Positions 31,420-43,891 of a stretch of DNA of 64,000 nt are shown here, piece after piece. The DNA comes from Dictyostelium discoideum (Eukaryota), in the NCBI GenBank assembly GCA_000004695.1, contig CM000151.3, positions 3,520,001 to 3,584,000 of the forward strand. The letters are read 5' to 3'. The notes under the pieces are model-generated. The model did not search any database. It saw nothing but the letters and a program-made list of their open reading frames with translations, and had not been told where the DNA came from. How positions within the stretch are numbered: the first letter of the stretch is position 1; every line of letters starts with the position of its first letter. A program made the position numbers and the translations under genes.

Positions 31420-31740
31420 TTGTTTAATTATTGATTATTTTTTAATATTTTTTTTTTTTTTTATTTTTTCAATTAAGAAATTAAAATTTTATTATTTTAA
31501 TCTAAATTTTTTAGATGATAAATTACAAATTTGTATTTCGACTATTTATGGATAAACTTTTATTTATAAAAAAAGAATGAGATCATGGGTTTAATTACTT
31601 AAATTTTTAAAAAAAAAATACATTGGTCTATTTGATTTGTCAATTAATTGTAAAATAAAACATTACAATTGATCCTTATTAAAATTTATTTATTTTATTA
31701 TTATTTGTACAAAATTATTTTTTATTTTTTATTATTTATT

Positions 31741-32754
31741 TTATTGATTTAAGGTTAATTTACAATTTCTAATTGACTGTTTTTGAATACAATAACCAGT
31801 TGCGGCAGTATAACCAAAATAGGCAAATTTTGGGAAAGTTATATTTGCAGATGGTATTTCTATATTAGTTAATAAGATTTGACCATTATAAATGATTTTA
31901 ATTGATGAATTTAAATGATTATATTCAATTCTAACATTATTTGTATTATTTATAATTGAGTTATTTGTCATTGAATAACTATGAATTACATTTGTTAATA
32001 AATTATTATTATTATTTTTTGTTTTAATTATTATTTGATTTGAATTTGGTGAATTAATATTATCATTTAATGATGTTTTAAATTCAATTGCTAATATACC
32101 ACCATTTGCACTATTTAAATGATCATCATTATATTCTAATTGACCACCTTCTAATAGTTTATAATGTTGATATGATTGTGGTGACTCTTTTGAATTATGT
32201 AATATAAATGTTAAACCATCAGTACCATTTGTTTCAACAGTATATGTAAATTCATTTATCCAACTTTTATTTTCAATATTAATCTCTTTATTATAAAAAC
32301 ATGATCCAATCTTATCAGTTGTTGAATTTGTCAAAACCATCGTATTACAATTTTCCCATATTGTTGATCCATTAATAACACTATTTGATTCAATTAATCT
32401 ATAAATTGATGTTGATATTGTGTTTGGAATAATTGGTTGTGTTTGTTGTTGTGTTTGTTGAATTTGTTGTGTTTGTTGTTGTGTTTGTTGTTGTGTTTGT
32501 TGTTGTGTTAGTTGTTGTGTTTGTTGTTGTGTTTGTTTTGCAATAATTGGTTGTTGTTGAATATTATTATTTATGATTAATTTTGGTGATGATGATGAAA
32601 ATTTTGATTTTGAAATTGATTTTTGTGAGGTTGTTTTTTTTACTTTTTTATAAATTCTTGGTAATGGTGAGTAGAGTAATTCATGTAAGTCAAACAATTG
32701 GACTCTATTTCTTTTTGATAATTTGGTTGAACTTCTTGTTGCAATTTTAACCAT
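31741..32754 (-). CDS. Legume-type (L-type/ConA-like) lectin domain protein, 337 aa, with an N-terminal (TQQQ)n repeat.
   Basis: DGLTFILHNS (legume lectin DGLAFVL-like) and FGYTAATG (legume lectin beta signature VGFSA(A/S)TG). Confidence 0.6.
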   Translation of the reverse strand: MVKIATRSSTKLSKRNRVQLFDLHELLYSPLPRIYKKVKKTTSQKSISKSKFSSSSPKLIINNNIQQQPIIAKQTQQQTQQLTQQQTQQQTQQQTQQIQQTQQQTQPIIPNTISTSIYRLIESNSVINGSTIWENCNTMVLTNSTTDKIGSCFYNKEINIENKSWINEFTYTVETNGTDGLTFILHNSKESPQSYQHYKLLEGGQLEYNDDHLNSANGGILAIEFKTSLNDNINSPNSNQIIIKTKNNNNNLLTNVIHSYSMTNNSIINNTNNVRIEYNHLNSSIKIIYNGQILLTNIEIPSANITFPKFAYFGYTAATGYCIQKQSIRNCKLTLNQ

Positions 32755-33185
32755 TTTGTTTTTTTTTTTATTTTTATTTTTTTATTAATATATTTAATTT
32801 ATTTGTTGTTATTTGTTAATGTTGGAAAAAAAAAATAAATAAAAAACATTTTATACTTGGGCTAAAAAAAAAAAAATAAAAAAAATAAAAAAAAAATAAA
32901 AAAAAATAAAAAAATTTCTGCGAAAAAGTATTTTTAAAAATAAAGCTTGTTTTTTTTGTTTGTTGTTTATTTTTATAAATTTTAATCGAAATTAATTTTT
33001 ACAACCAAGATAATCAGTGTTACTTTACGAAAAAAAGAAAAATTTATAGGAAATAAAAAAAAAAAAAAAAAAACTTTTGTTTTTATTTAATTTTATTTTA
33101 TTTTCAATTTTTATTTTTTTAATTTTATATTTTTTTTACTTTTTTATTTTTTTATTTTAATTTTATTTCACGACGACATCCGATT

Positions 33186-33186
33186 T

Positions 33187-33244
<58 letters not shown>
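33186..33244. repeat. T59 homopolymer.
   Basis: Seen directly. One of many A/T homopolymers longer than 40 nt (also 1931-1978, 55437-55490). Confidence 0.95.
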
Positions 33245-33791
33245 CTAATAATAAATTGGCGGTTAATAAAAAAAATAAAAAAAAATAAAAAAGTGTTATT
33301 AAATTTAATAAATCACGTGATTCTGTGAAGAAATTTATTTATTTATTTATTTATTTATTTTATTTTATTTGATTAAAATAAAATATATATTTAAACTTGA
33401 ACTTTTAAAAAAATTTAAAGTGGGTGGACCCACTTAAAAAAAAAAAAAATAGTTTTTTAATAATCACCTTAATTTTTTTTTTTTACACTTTTTTTTTTGA
33501 AATTAGGTCCTAACGACAAAAAATAGAATGGAGCCTTTTTTTTTTTTTATAGTCAACGGTTTTTTTTTTCATTATTTTTTTTTTTTTTTCATTATTTTTT
33601 AATTTTTTTATTTTACTATTTTTTTTGTTTTTTGGGTTTTTTTTTTTTTATTTTATTTTCTTTTTTTTGGGTTTTTTTCAATGCATTAAACAAATATTGG
33701 AGATATTTATATATAAATATATATATATTACTTCACACAAGCACACACTTCCACATTATCTAGACATATATATAAAAATAATTTCAATTCA

Positions 33792-34031
33792 ATGGATTCC
33801 GATAACACAAAAAGAACAAAGGTAATATGGCCATCTGATATTGGGAATGAATTATTTGAATACTATGAAAAATATAGGGCATCAGGAAATTATGCCAATC
33901 AAAGAGAAGTTGTAGAAGCATTAGCTGAAATTGAAAGATTTAAATCATACACTCAAGATCAAATTTTTTCAAAAGTTAAAAATATGTCCTCAAGAAGTAG
34001 TAAACAAAATTATTCAAATACTCCAACAAAA
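33792..34031 (+). CDS. Hypothetical protein exon 1 (80 codons).
   Basis: MDSDNTKRTKVIWPSDIGNELFEYYEKYRASGNYANQREVVEALAEIERFKSY... then GTAAAT donor at 34032. Phase 0. Confidence 0.55.
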
Positions 34032-34179
34032 GTAAATTTAATTTAATTTTTTTTAAAAAAAAAAAATTATTTATTTAAAAAAAATATATACAGAAAAAAA
34101 TAAAAAAAAAATAAAATAAAAAAAAATTTTAATTTTATACTTACATTTTTTTATTATTTTTTTATTGTTTTTTTTTAAG

Positions 34180-35544
34180 GAAGGTGAAATTTCAAAGAAA
34201 GTAACAATAGAAACTGAAAATGGTATTTTAACACCCGATAAAAAAAATGAAATTGAAAGTAAAAAAAGGAGACAAGATTCACCAATCTTAACCACACAAC
34301 CACAAATTTTAAAAAAAAGACAATTTAAAAATATTGACGATGATTCTGATCATGTAATCACAAGAAATGAATATTATTTTCAAGATGATGATTCTGAAGA
34401 TTATAATGAAGATTTTAATGATTTAGAATTTATAACTACTTCAACCACTACATCTTCTTCAAAGAATAATGAAATTAATAATAATAATAATAATAATATC
34501 AATAATATCAATAATAATAGTTCAAATAATAATAATCCAAATAATATCAATAATAATTCAAATAACAATAATTTAAATAATAATAATAATAATAATAATA
34601 ATTCACACAACAAAATAGATCATCAAGAATTAATGATTTCAAAAGAAAAGAATAAATTTTTATCGGAACAATTATTGATTTTAAAAGAAAAAAATAAATA
34701 TTTAAATGATCAATTATTCATAGAGAAAGAGAGTAATAAAAATAGAGATATTATAATATCAAAACTTAAAATAGAAAATCAATCACATGTAAAAAAGAAT
34801 CAATTACTCGATGAATTGGGTTATCATGATTCTGTAAGAGTATTCTCATCAAATTCAATCATTTCTAAAAGGGATGACCAAGGTAACTTGGTATACTTCT
34901 TTCCAATTCTTTCTCAAAATGGTACACAATCTTTAAAAATAGTTTCACCAAATACAATAACAGGTTCAATACCTACACCTATAATTTCTCAACCAACTTC
35001 AACCTCAACTTCAACTTCAACTACAACTTCAACTTCAATTCCAGCAAATAACTCGATTTCAAATTCAAATTCAAATTCAAATACAAATTCAAATACAAAT
35101 TCAAATACAAATACAAATGAAAATATAAATACAAATACAGTGACAACAACAACAACACCAACTTCTTCAGCTCCATTGGTACCATCAAATACAAATTCAA
35201 CATCAAATTCATCATCTTCTTCACCATCACCACCATCAACTTCAATTACCCAAATCAATACTAATACAACAACAACAGCAGCAGCAGCACCAACAACAAC
35301 AACAACACCAATTATAACATCTGGTGGCTCAACCCCAGTATGTAATGACTTTTTTAAAATTATAGTGGACGAGATTGAAAATGATAAAATTCGAACTCAA
35401 GTATTTTTACTTAAAAGAATCAATGATTACTCTCCACCTATAGTTTGTAAGTATGGTAAGAAAATGGCAGTACAAATGAAACATATACCACCTCCACCTA
35501 TTCAAATTCCAACATTTAGTGAAAGTAGTTTAAAAGATCTCTAA
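34180..35544 (+). CDS. Hypothetical protein exon 2. S/T/N-rich with a C-terminal Cys-containing segment. Total about 534 aa.
   Basis: Acceptor tttttttaAG at 34178-79. Phase-0 continuation EGEISKKVTIETENGIL... A 148-nt AT-rich intron. Confidence 0.55.
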   Translation, partial: EGEISKKVTIETENGILTPDKKNEIESKKRRQDSPILTTQPQILKKRQFKNIDDDSDHVITRNEYYFQDDDSEDYNEDFNDLEFITTSTTTSSSKNNEINNNNNNNINNINNNSSNNNNPNNINNNSNNNNLNNNNNNNNNSHNKIDHQELMISKEKNKFLSEQLLILKEKNKYLNDQLFIEKESNKNRDIIISKLKIENQSHVKKNQLLDELGYHDSVRVFSSNSIISKRDDQGNLVYFFPILSQNGTQSLKIVSPNTITGSIPTPIISQPTSTSTSTSTTTSTSIPANNSISNSNSNSNTNSNTNSNTNTNENINTNTVTTTTTPTSSAPLVPSNTNSTSNSSSSSPSPPSTSITQINTNTTTTAAAAPTTTTTPIITSGGSTPVCNDFFKIIVDEIENDKIRTQVFLLKRINDYSPPIVCKYGKKMAVQMKHIPPPPIQIPTFSESSLKDL

Positions 35545-35666
35545 AAAAAAATAAAAATAAAAATAAAAATAAAATAAAAAAAAAAAAAAAAAAATCTTAA
35601 ACAAATTAATGTTTTTATTTTATTTTATTATTTTTTATTTTTATAACTAATTTTTATGATAATCAC

Positions 35667-35698
<32 letters not shown>

Positions 35699-36299
35699 AT
35701 TTGGATTTTTTTTTTTTTTTTGATTATTAATTTTTTTTTGATTATTAATTTTTTTTTTTTTTTTGTGGTTATTGTAAAAATGTATTATCTAAGAAAAAAA
35801 AAAAATCATTGGATAATCCAAATTAAGTGCAAATATTTAAAAAAAAAATTTTTAAATAAAAAAAAAAGGATTCAAGCAAATCAAATCAAATTAAAAAAAA
35901 AAAAAAAAATTTAAAAATAAAAAAAAATAAAATCAATTATTAAAATTTATTTTTTAACGCCCAAACACAAAAAAAAAAAAAAATGCAAAGATTGAAATTA
36001 ATAAGTGGTTTATTGGAGTGAAGTTGATTTTTCTTTTCAGAAACTAACCAAAAATAAATTAATTTTTTGATTATTATTTTTTTTTTCATTAAATTTTTGG
36101 ATATCATTAAGTTTAGGGGTGGTGTTGATTTTTTTTTTATAAAATAAGGAAATTTCACACTCTGTTAAAAATGGTGAGTGGTTTTTTTTTCTAAATAAAT
36201 CATGGTTGGTTTACAAAAAAAAAAAAAAAAAAAAATTAAAAAAAAAATAAAATCTAATTACAAAGTAGTTTAACTTCATAGTGTTAAAAAATCAATAAT

Positions 36300-36411
36300 A
36301 AAAAAAAAACTATAAATAAAAGAAGTTTTTTTTTTTTTTAATCATTAAATTGAAAATCAAAATTTCATTAATTCAAATTATCTTTTAAATATTAAATTCA
36401 ACACAAATAAA
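36300..36411 (+). promoter_or_regulatory. Discoidin I core promoter/5'UTR, with ctataaataaaag about 100 bp upstream of the ATG.
   Basis: Same ordered sequence blocks as 930-1044. Confidence 0.5.
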
Positions 36412-37173
36412 ATGTCTACCCAAGGTTTAGTTCAACTCCTCGCAAATGCTCAATGCCATTTAAGAACCTCAACCAATTACAATGGTGTCCACACTCAATT
36501 TAATTCTGCCTTAAACTACAAAAACAATGGTACCAATACCATTGATGGTTCAGAAGCTTGGTGTTCATCAATCGTAGATACCAACCAATACATTGTTGCT
36601 GGTTGTGAAGTTCCACGTACTTTTATGTGTGTTGCTCTCCAAGGTCGTGGTGATGCTGATCAATGGGTTACATCATACAAAATCCGTTATTCATTAGATA
36701 ATGTTTCCTGGTTTGAATATCGTAATGGTGCTGCTGTTACTGGTGTAACTGATCGTAACACTGTTGTTAATCATTTCTTTGATACTCCAATTAGAGCTCG
36801 TTCAATTGCTATCCACCCATTAACCTGGAATGGTCACATTTCATTAAGATGTGAATTCTACACTCAACCAGTACAAAGCTCAGTCACTCAAGTTGGTGCA
36901 GATATTTACACTGGTGATAACTGTGCCTTAAATACCGGTTCAGGTAAACGTGAAGTTGTTGTCCCAGTTAAATTCCAATTTGAATTTGCTACTCTCCCAA
37001 AGGTTGCTCTCAACTTTGATCAAATCGATTGTACTGATGCCACCAATCAAACCCGTATTGGTGTCCAACCAAGAAATATTACCACCAAAGGTTTTGATTG
37101 TGTTTTCTACACTTGGAATGAAAACAAAGTTTACTCATTAAGAGCTGATTACATTGCTACCGCTTTGGAATAA
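36412..37173 (+). CDS. Discoidin I, third copy (253 aa). About 95% nucleotide identity to 1045..1806.
   Basis: [42 protein letters not shown]...ATALE. Confidence 0.95.
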   Translation: MSTQGLVQLLANAQCHLRTSTNYNGVHTQFNSALNYKNNGTNTIDGSEAWCSSIVDTNQYIVAGCEVPRTFMCVALQGRGDADQWVTSYKIRYSLDNVSWFEYRNGAAVTGVTDRNTVVNHFFDTPIRARSIAIHPLTWNGHISLRCEFYTQPVQSSVTQVGADIYTGDNCALNTGSGKREVVVPVKFQFEFATLPKVALNFDQIDCTDATNQTRIGVQPRNITTKGFDCVFYTWNENKVYSLRADYIATALE

Positions 37174-37232
37174 ATTATTTAAATAAATTTTCATACTCTT
37201 AATACTTTTGTATTATTACTCAATTTAAATTT

Positions 37233-37272
<40 letters not shown>

Positions 37273-37949
37273 AATAGTTAATAATAATAATAATTGTAAT
37301 ACCTTTTTAGATCATCATGATTTAAAAAAGTATTATAATTTTTATAAATTTTTCCACGATTACTAAGATTGTATTTTGTAAGGCTTAGCTTGGAAGACAG
37401 TAAGCTTTGGGAATTTGAATTTTATTATTTTAATTTTAATTTTAATTTAAAATAATCATTAAAAATATTATTCGGCAAAATAAAAAATAAATTATTAAGC
37501 AATCATAAAAAATATAATTCTCGTCCACTTCAAAACATTGGTTTAATAATCACCCTTTCTCTTAGTGATCAATGTTGTAAATTGTAAAAAATAAAATAAA
37601 AAATAAAAAAAGAAACAAAGAAACAAAGAAAAATCATAAAATTATGGAGGGATATCTTATTTTTTTTAAATGACTTTGAAATTACAAGTAAAAAAAGAAA
37701 ACTATTAATTAAAAAAAGGTTAATTTAAATTTTAAAATCTTTTTTTATTTATTTTCCATTAAAAAGGTTAATTCAAATTCTAAATACAAATTTTTTTTTT
37801 TTTTTTTTTTTTAATTTAAGTTCAAAATAACTAATTTTATTTTATTTTAATTTAATTTTCTTTTCTTCTTTTAGATTTTAATTTTAATTTTAATTTTTTT
37901 TTTTTTTTCTAATTTTAATTTTTTTTTTTTTTTTTTTTTTTCTAATTTT

Positions 37950-37989
<40 letters not shown>

Positions 37990-38113
37990 CCTTGGATCTA
38001 TTAAAATAGTTCTCTTGTTCAAATTTTTAGTTTTTTTTTAAAATTTTAAATATTTAATTTTATAATTATAAATCTTATAATAAAATAAACCAAATAAAAA
38101 AAAAAAAAAAAAA

Positions 38114-38258
38114 ATGTCAATGAAAGCGGCTGTGTTCAAAGAAAAGAATGGGAAATTAGAGGTAGTACAAATGCCAATTCCAGAACCTCAACCAGGATGG
38201 GTTAGAATTAAAGTTGAAGCATGTGGAGTTTGCCATAGTGATTTCTTTGTTAAATATG
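38114..38258 (+). CDS. Zinc-dependent alcohol dehydrogenase (MDR family) exon 1.
   Basis: MSMKAAVFKEKNGKLEVVQMPIPEPQPGWVRIKVEACGVCHSDFFVKY(G). Donor GTAATT. Confidence 0.8.
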
Positions 38259-38372
38259 GTAATTAATTTTTTTATTTATTTATTTTTTTAATTTAATTTT
38301 TAATTAACTAATTTTTATTTTTATAATTTAATATTAAATTAACAAATTTTTTTTTTTTTTAAAAAAAAAAAG

Positions 38373-38398
38373 GTGGAATGGGAAATAAATTTCCAAGG
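38373..38398 (+). CDS. ADH micro-exon 2 (26 nt, GMGNKFPR).
   Basis: Restores the frame between exon 1 (phase 1) and exon 3 (phase 0). Flanked by aaaaaaaaAG and GTAATT. Confidence 0.7.
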
Positions 38399-38465
38399 GT
38401 AATTTTTCTAATATATAATAATATTAATTTAAAATAAATAATAAATAAATAACTTATTTTCTTTT

Positions 38466-38496
<31 letters not shown>

Positions 38497-38507
38497 CAAT
38501 AAAAAAG

Positions 38508-39340
38508 GTACCAGGTCATGAAGTAATTGGAAAAGTTGATAAATTAGGACAAGGTGTTAATAATGAAGAATATGGAATTGGTAAAATGGTAGGAGTTGGA
38601 TGGTTTGGTGGTAATCATTGTGGTAAATGTGAAGATTGTAAAGAGAATGAATGGGTACATTGTAAAGAATCCTATGTTTGTGGAATTCATTATGATGGTG
38701 GATATGCAGAGTATATGACAGCACCAGCAGATTCACTAGTTCCCATACCAGATTGTATGGATCCAGTTGAAAGTGCACCATTGTTATGTGCAGGTGTAAC
38801 TGTATTCAATTCATTTAGAAATCAAAAAGTTAAAGCACCTGCATTAGTTGGAGTTCAAGGTATTGGTGGATTAGGTCATTTGGCAATTCAATTTTGTAAG
38901 AAAATGGGTTTTGAAGTGATTGCTCTATCAAGTGGAAATTCAAAAGAACAATTAACCAAAGAATTGGGTGCTCATTATTATGTTGATACTTCAAAAGATG
39001 GATACATTGATAAAGTTAAATCAATTGGTTCAGTCAAATGTATTTTAGTAACTGCTCCATTTGCATCGGCTGTACCAGGTCTATTAGAATGCTTAGGTAC
39101 AAATGGTAAATTAGTCATCCTTGCCGCATTTAATGAACCATTTAATGCAAGTTCTATAGCAATGATTGGTGGTTCGAAATCAATTATTGGTTGGGCTTCT
39201 GGAGATTCTCGTGACTCTTCTGATACCTTTAACTTTGCTCGTAATAACCAAGTTAGACCAATGGTAAAATCATTCACATTAGAAGAAGCAAATGAAGCAT
39301 TAGATGGAATTAATAATGCTAGATTTAGAAATGTTATTAA

Positions 39341-39347
<7 letters not shown>
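38508..39347 (+). CDS. ADH exon 3. Total 336 aa.
   Basis: VPGHEVIGKV, GGNHCGKCEDCKENEWVHC (structural zinc Cys cluster), GVQGIGGLGHLAIQFCKKMG (Rossmann GxGxxG). Confidence 0.85.
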
Positions 39348-39375
<28 letters not shown>

Positions 39376-40970
39376 GAATTTCTAAATTTAATTTTATTAA
39401 AATTTAATAAAATTAGTTTAATTTAATACTTATTTTTAAATTCATATAAAAAATAATAATAAATAAAAAATAAAAAAATAATAAAAATCGAAAAGAGAAA
39501 AAAGAAATAAAAAAATTATTTGATTTGATTTTTTTTTTTTATTTTTTATTTTAATTTTTTTTTTTTTTGTAAAATTTATATTTTTTACTTTATTAGAATT
39601 ATTTTCTTATATTTTAAAATTTTAAGGTATACAGATAATCTAGATATTTTCAAACTCTTGTTTTTAAATGGATTAATTAAAAAATAAACAATTCGTAATT
39701 TCCTATTATGTCAAAATATTGTTAAAAAGGTTAAAAATAACTTTATTCGGAAAAAAAGTGGGTTATATTTAAAAAATTTGTAAACACAAAAAAGGGAAGT
39801 TATAGAAATTTATAAATCTTTTTTTTATTTTTTTTTTTTTTTTATTTTTAATTTTTTATTTTTTTATTTTTAATTTTTATTTTTTTTTTTCTTTTTTTTT
39901 TTCTAAGCAATTTTGTCGGCCATTTTTCTTTTTTCATTTTTTTTTTTTTTTTTTTTTTAAATTAAGAATTATTTTGGTAAATTAATATATCTAAGTGAAT
40001 AACAATATGAGCTAACAAAATTATTTAAATTATTTTCTCCTTGAAGAATTTTATTAGAACAATAATTATTATTAATTGAAATTAAAGATGATTTTGATTG
40101 AATTGGTTTATTTATAATTGATTCTAAATTTAGAAAAAAGAAAAACAATTTTAAATTAGAATATTTTCATTCCAGAATTTTTTTTTAAAATAATTTACAA
40201 ATTAAAAAATTACATACTAAAAATAGACATTTTGGGAAATTAAGTATTTTAGTTTATTAGTTAATTTAAAATTTCTTCTTTTTTTAATTTTGGTTGTTAT
40301 TTTTTTCTTTTTTTTTTTTTAATGAAATAATTTATTTTTTTTTTCTTCTTTAAATATTAATTTTTTTTTAAAGAAATAAAATAAAATAAAATAAAAATAA
40401 AAATAAAAATAAAATAATAATTTTATAAATAAAATTACAATAATTATAGTAAAAAAATAAAATTAACCAATTATATGTTGATGTAATTTTAATACTTACT
40501 TAAATTGCTAAATACGGTTATGTTGATAATACATTTCAAACTCCCTTCATTGCTACCAACACTTATATAAGTGGGTATTTTCTAATTGTTTTTTTTTTTT
40601 CTTTTTTCGGGCGAGTGATAATAATTTTAATATTTAAAATGATGTCGTTAATTCATATAGAATTAAGTTATATATCATCATCATTTCCACGTGAACCCTA
40701 ATGAAATAAAAGTATTATTTTTGAATAGAAATTAGAAAACAAAATAATATATATACCCTATTATTATATACTTTCAAAACCAACAACTAAATATTTATCA
40801 TGATAACGACCAACTTTTTATAATTAACTGACTTTATACTTATAATTTACCAACAATGTTTATCAAATATTAACTTTGAATGTGTGTGTTGGTTTGGATG
40901 TATAATTTTGTGTATGCGTGGGGAAAAAATTATTGTTATTTTTAATAAAATAAAATAATATTAAGAAATA

Positions 40971-41014
<44 letters not shown>

Positions 41015-41435
41015 AAAAAAGAAAAATAAAAAATAAAAATAAAAAAAGTAGTAATTATTATAATAATTGTAAAAAAAAAAATCAAATTTATTATAAAGAT
41101 AAAATAAAACATTTTTGACACACACTTAATACGATTAACGATTTTAATTAAAAAAAAAAAAAAAAAAATTTTACTAATTACAGGATTACAATTTGTAATT
41201 TTTATTGCATTTATTAATTTTATTTTTTTAATAAAAGATGAGCTTTAAGATTGAAATTTGTAGTATGTACTTTTTTTGACAAGAAAAAAACCTTTTTTTT
41301 TTTTTTTGGCAATGAATAAATAATATTATTATATATTATCTTTTTTAAATGGTTTTTTTTTTTTTTTTTTTTTTTTTTAAACAGTTTTAATTATTATTTT
41401 TTTTTTTTTTTTTTATATTTTGGTTTTTGTTAAAT

Positions 41436-41471
<36 letters not shown>

Positions 41472-41477
<6 letters not shown>

Positions 41478-41754
41478 TATTAGTTGTGAAGATTGAGAAT
41501 TTATATTATTACTATTAATAAATTCAGAAACTGATTTATTTGATAGGAAATGTAGTTTTAATCTTTCAAGATGTGGATATTTTTCATTAAAATGATGTGC
41601 CAAATGACCATGATTTTCCAAGTATCTTAAAGTTATATCGTATAAAATAAATAAATATAAATCAGCCAAGGTTGTACTATCGCCGGTGCTGAAAATGTTG
41701 ATTTTGATAATTGATTTTCGAAATCATTGAAATGTGTACATAATAATTTTGTAA
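41472..41754 (-). pseudogene. GST-like exon 2 with an internal -1 frameshift. The GST C-terminal helices are present (FSTGDSTTLADLYLFILYDITLRYLENHGHLAHHFNEKYPHLERLKLHFLSNKSVSEFI).
   Basis: NEEITKLLCTHFNDFENQLSKSTF is in one frame. It continues in the next frame after a T4 run (caacattttcagc). Confidence 0.5.
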
Positions 41755-41859
41755 TTTCTTCATTCTATTTATTTAATTAAAAAAAAAAAAAAAAAAATTA
41801 AATTAAAATTGGTACTAAAAAAAAAATAAAAATAAAAAAAATAAAAAAAATCTAAAAAT

Positions 41860-41907
<48 letters not shown>

Positions 41908-41917
41908 AAAAACATAC

Positions 41918-42229
41918 AATAATATTTGAATTAATAATTGGTAAAACATATTCTTCAATTATTTCTAAAACTGATTCTACAATATCATCAACACGAGCGC
42001 TTTCTTGTAATGATTTACCAGAAAAATTATGATTATTTGAAATATATCTAGAAATGACAGCAGATTGGCCCAATAAATAATCTTCATCTTTTTGTGTATG
42101 TTTTATAAATTGATTATATGATTCCAATTTATTTGTAAATTCTTGGTTAATTTCACTTAATTGATTTATTTCATATTCTACACCCAAATATGATAATAAA
42201 ATTTTAAAAATATAAATTGATGATATCAT
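41918..42229 (-). CDS. Glutathione S-transferase-like exon 1 (N-terminal thioredoxin-fold part, 104 codons).
   Basis: MISSIYIFKILLSYLGVEYE... Donor GTATGT. Confidence 0.55.
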
Positions 42230-42889
42230 AATTTTTTTATTATTTCTTCTTTTATTATAATTATTATTTTTATTATTAATTTTTATTTTTTATTTTTTTT
42301 ATTATTATTTTATTTTTTTTTAAACAGTTCTAGTTTTATTTTAAAATAAAATTAAAATTTTTTAAAACAATAACTACTACAATAATAAATAATTATATAT
42401 TATTTTTTTATTTTTAATTATAAATATAAATATAAATATAAAAAAAAAAATTGCAAAATTATTTAATAAAATAAAATAATTTTTTTTTTTTTTTTTATAT
42501 TAAAATTTTAAATAAGGAAAAAATGTGTGTGTGGAATATATATAGATTGTAGTTTTGTTTGGTTTTAAACATAATTATGTGGATCTAGATGATAACATAA
42601 AAAAACACAAAAACTTTAAAATTTTATAATAACTAAAAATTACTAAAAAGACGTAAAATTATAAAACACAAAAAAGACTGAAAAAAAAAAATTTTATTAT
42701 TATGGTAATTATAAAAAAGGAAAAATAAAAAGAAAAAATAAAAATCAAATAAAAAAAAAAAAAACAAAAATAAAACTACTGAAAATAATGAAAAATAATT
42801 AAATAAATATTAAAATAATAATAATAATAATGATAATAATTATTATTTTTTGATGGGTTGTGGGTTATTATTATAATAGTTGATTTTTT

Positions 42890-42938
<49 letters not shown>

Positions 42939-43813
42939 TGTATATATAAAATTTAGAAATGATGGCACTACTGTTTAAATAATATTTATATATTTATTTA
43001 TTTATAATTATTATATTGTTTTTGTTGTGTTGTCTTTGAGCAGAAATTTGGTTTTCAAATTCAAATAAATTTAAAATTAATAATTATTAAAAAAAAAAAA
43101 TATTTTGATATTTTTTTTTTTTTTAATTTAATTTTAATTTTTTTTAATTTTTTTTTTTAATTTTTTTTTTTTTTTATTATTATCTTAAAAATCGATGATA
43201 GAACGTCAAGAATATTGGTGGGAGTGTTGAAATTTTGCACCAGCGTGTGAAAGTTTAAAATTAGGTGTTTTGTTTTTTTTTTTTCCAATTTTTTTAAATC
43301 ACGCCAAAAGGTTGGATTTTTTTTTTTTAAAATTTTATTATAATGTATAATGCTATCGTGGGTGAACAAAGAAAAAAAAAATATATTGTAGAATGAAAAG
43401 AATATTGTGTGTGTGTGAGTGTGTGTGTGTGTAAGAAAATAAAAAATAAAAAAATAAAAAATAAAAAATAAAAAATAAAAAATAAAATAATAAAACAAAA
43501 TTTAAATATGTATGAGAGAATACAAAAAAAATTAAATAAAAATAAAAAAAAAAAATAAAAAATAAAATAAAATAATAAAATAAAATTACAATGAAAATTG
43601 AATCTTCAGTTTCAAATAATAAAATAATATTCACCAAAAAAACTTTTTTTTTTTTTTTTTATTTTATTTTATTTTTTTTTTATTTTTATTTTTTTTTTTT
43701 GATTGACAACTTAATCTATACTAATTATTAGAAAAAGATAATTATTTGTTTTTACATTTTTTGAAAAGAAACAAATTAAAACCATTTTTTCACCAAGTAA
43801 CCGGAAAAGAAGT

Positions 43814-43891
<78 letters not shown>

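Noticed and set aside
38978-39277. 99-aa minus-strand ORF
   Set aside because: Antisense to ADH exon 3.
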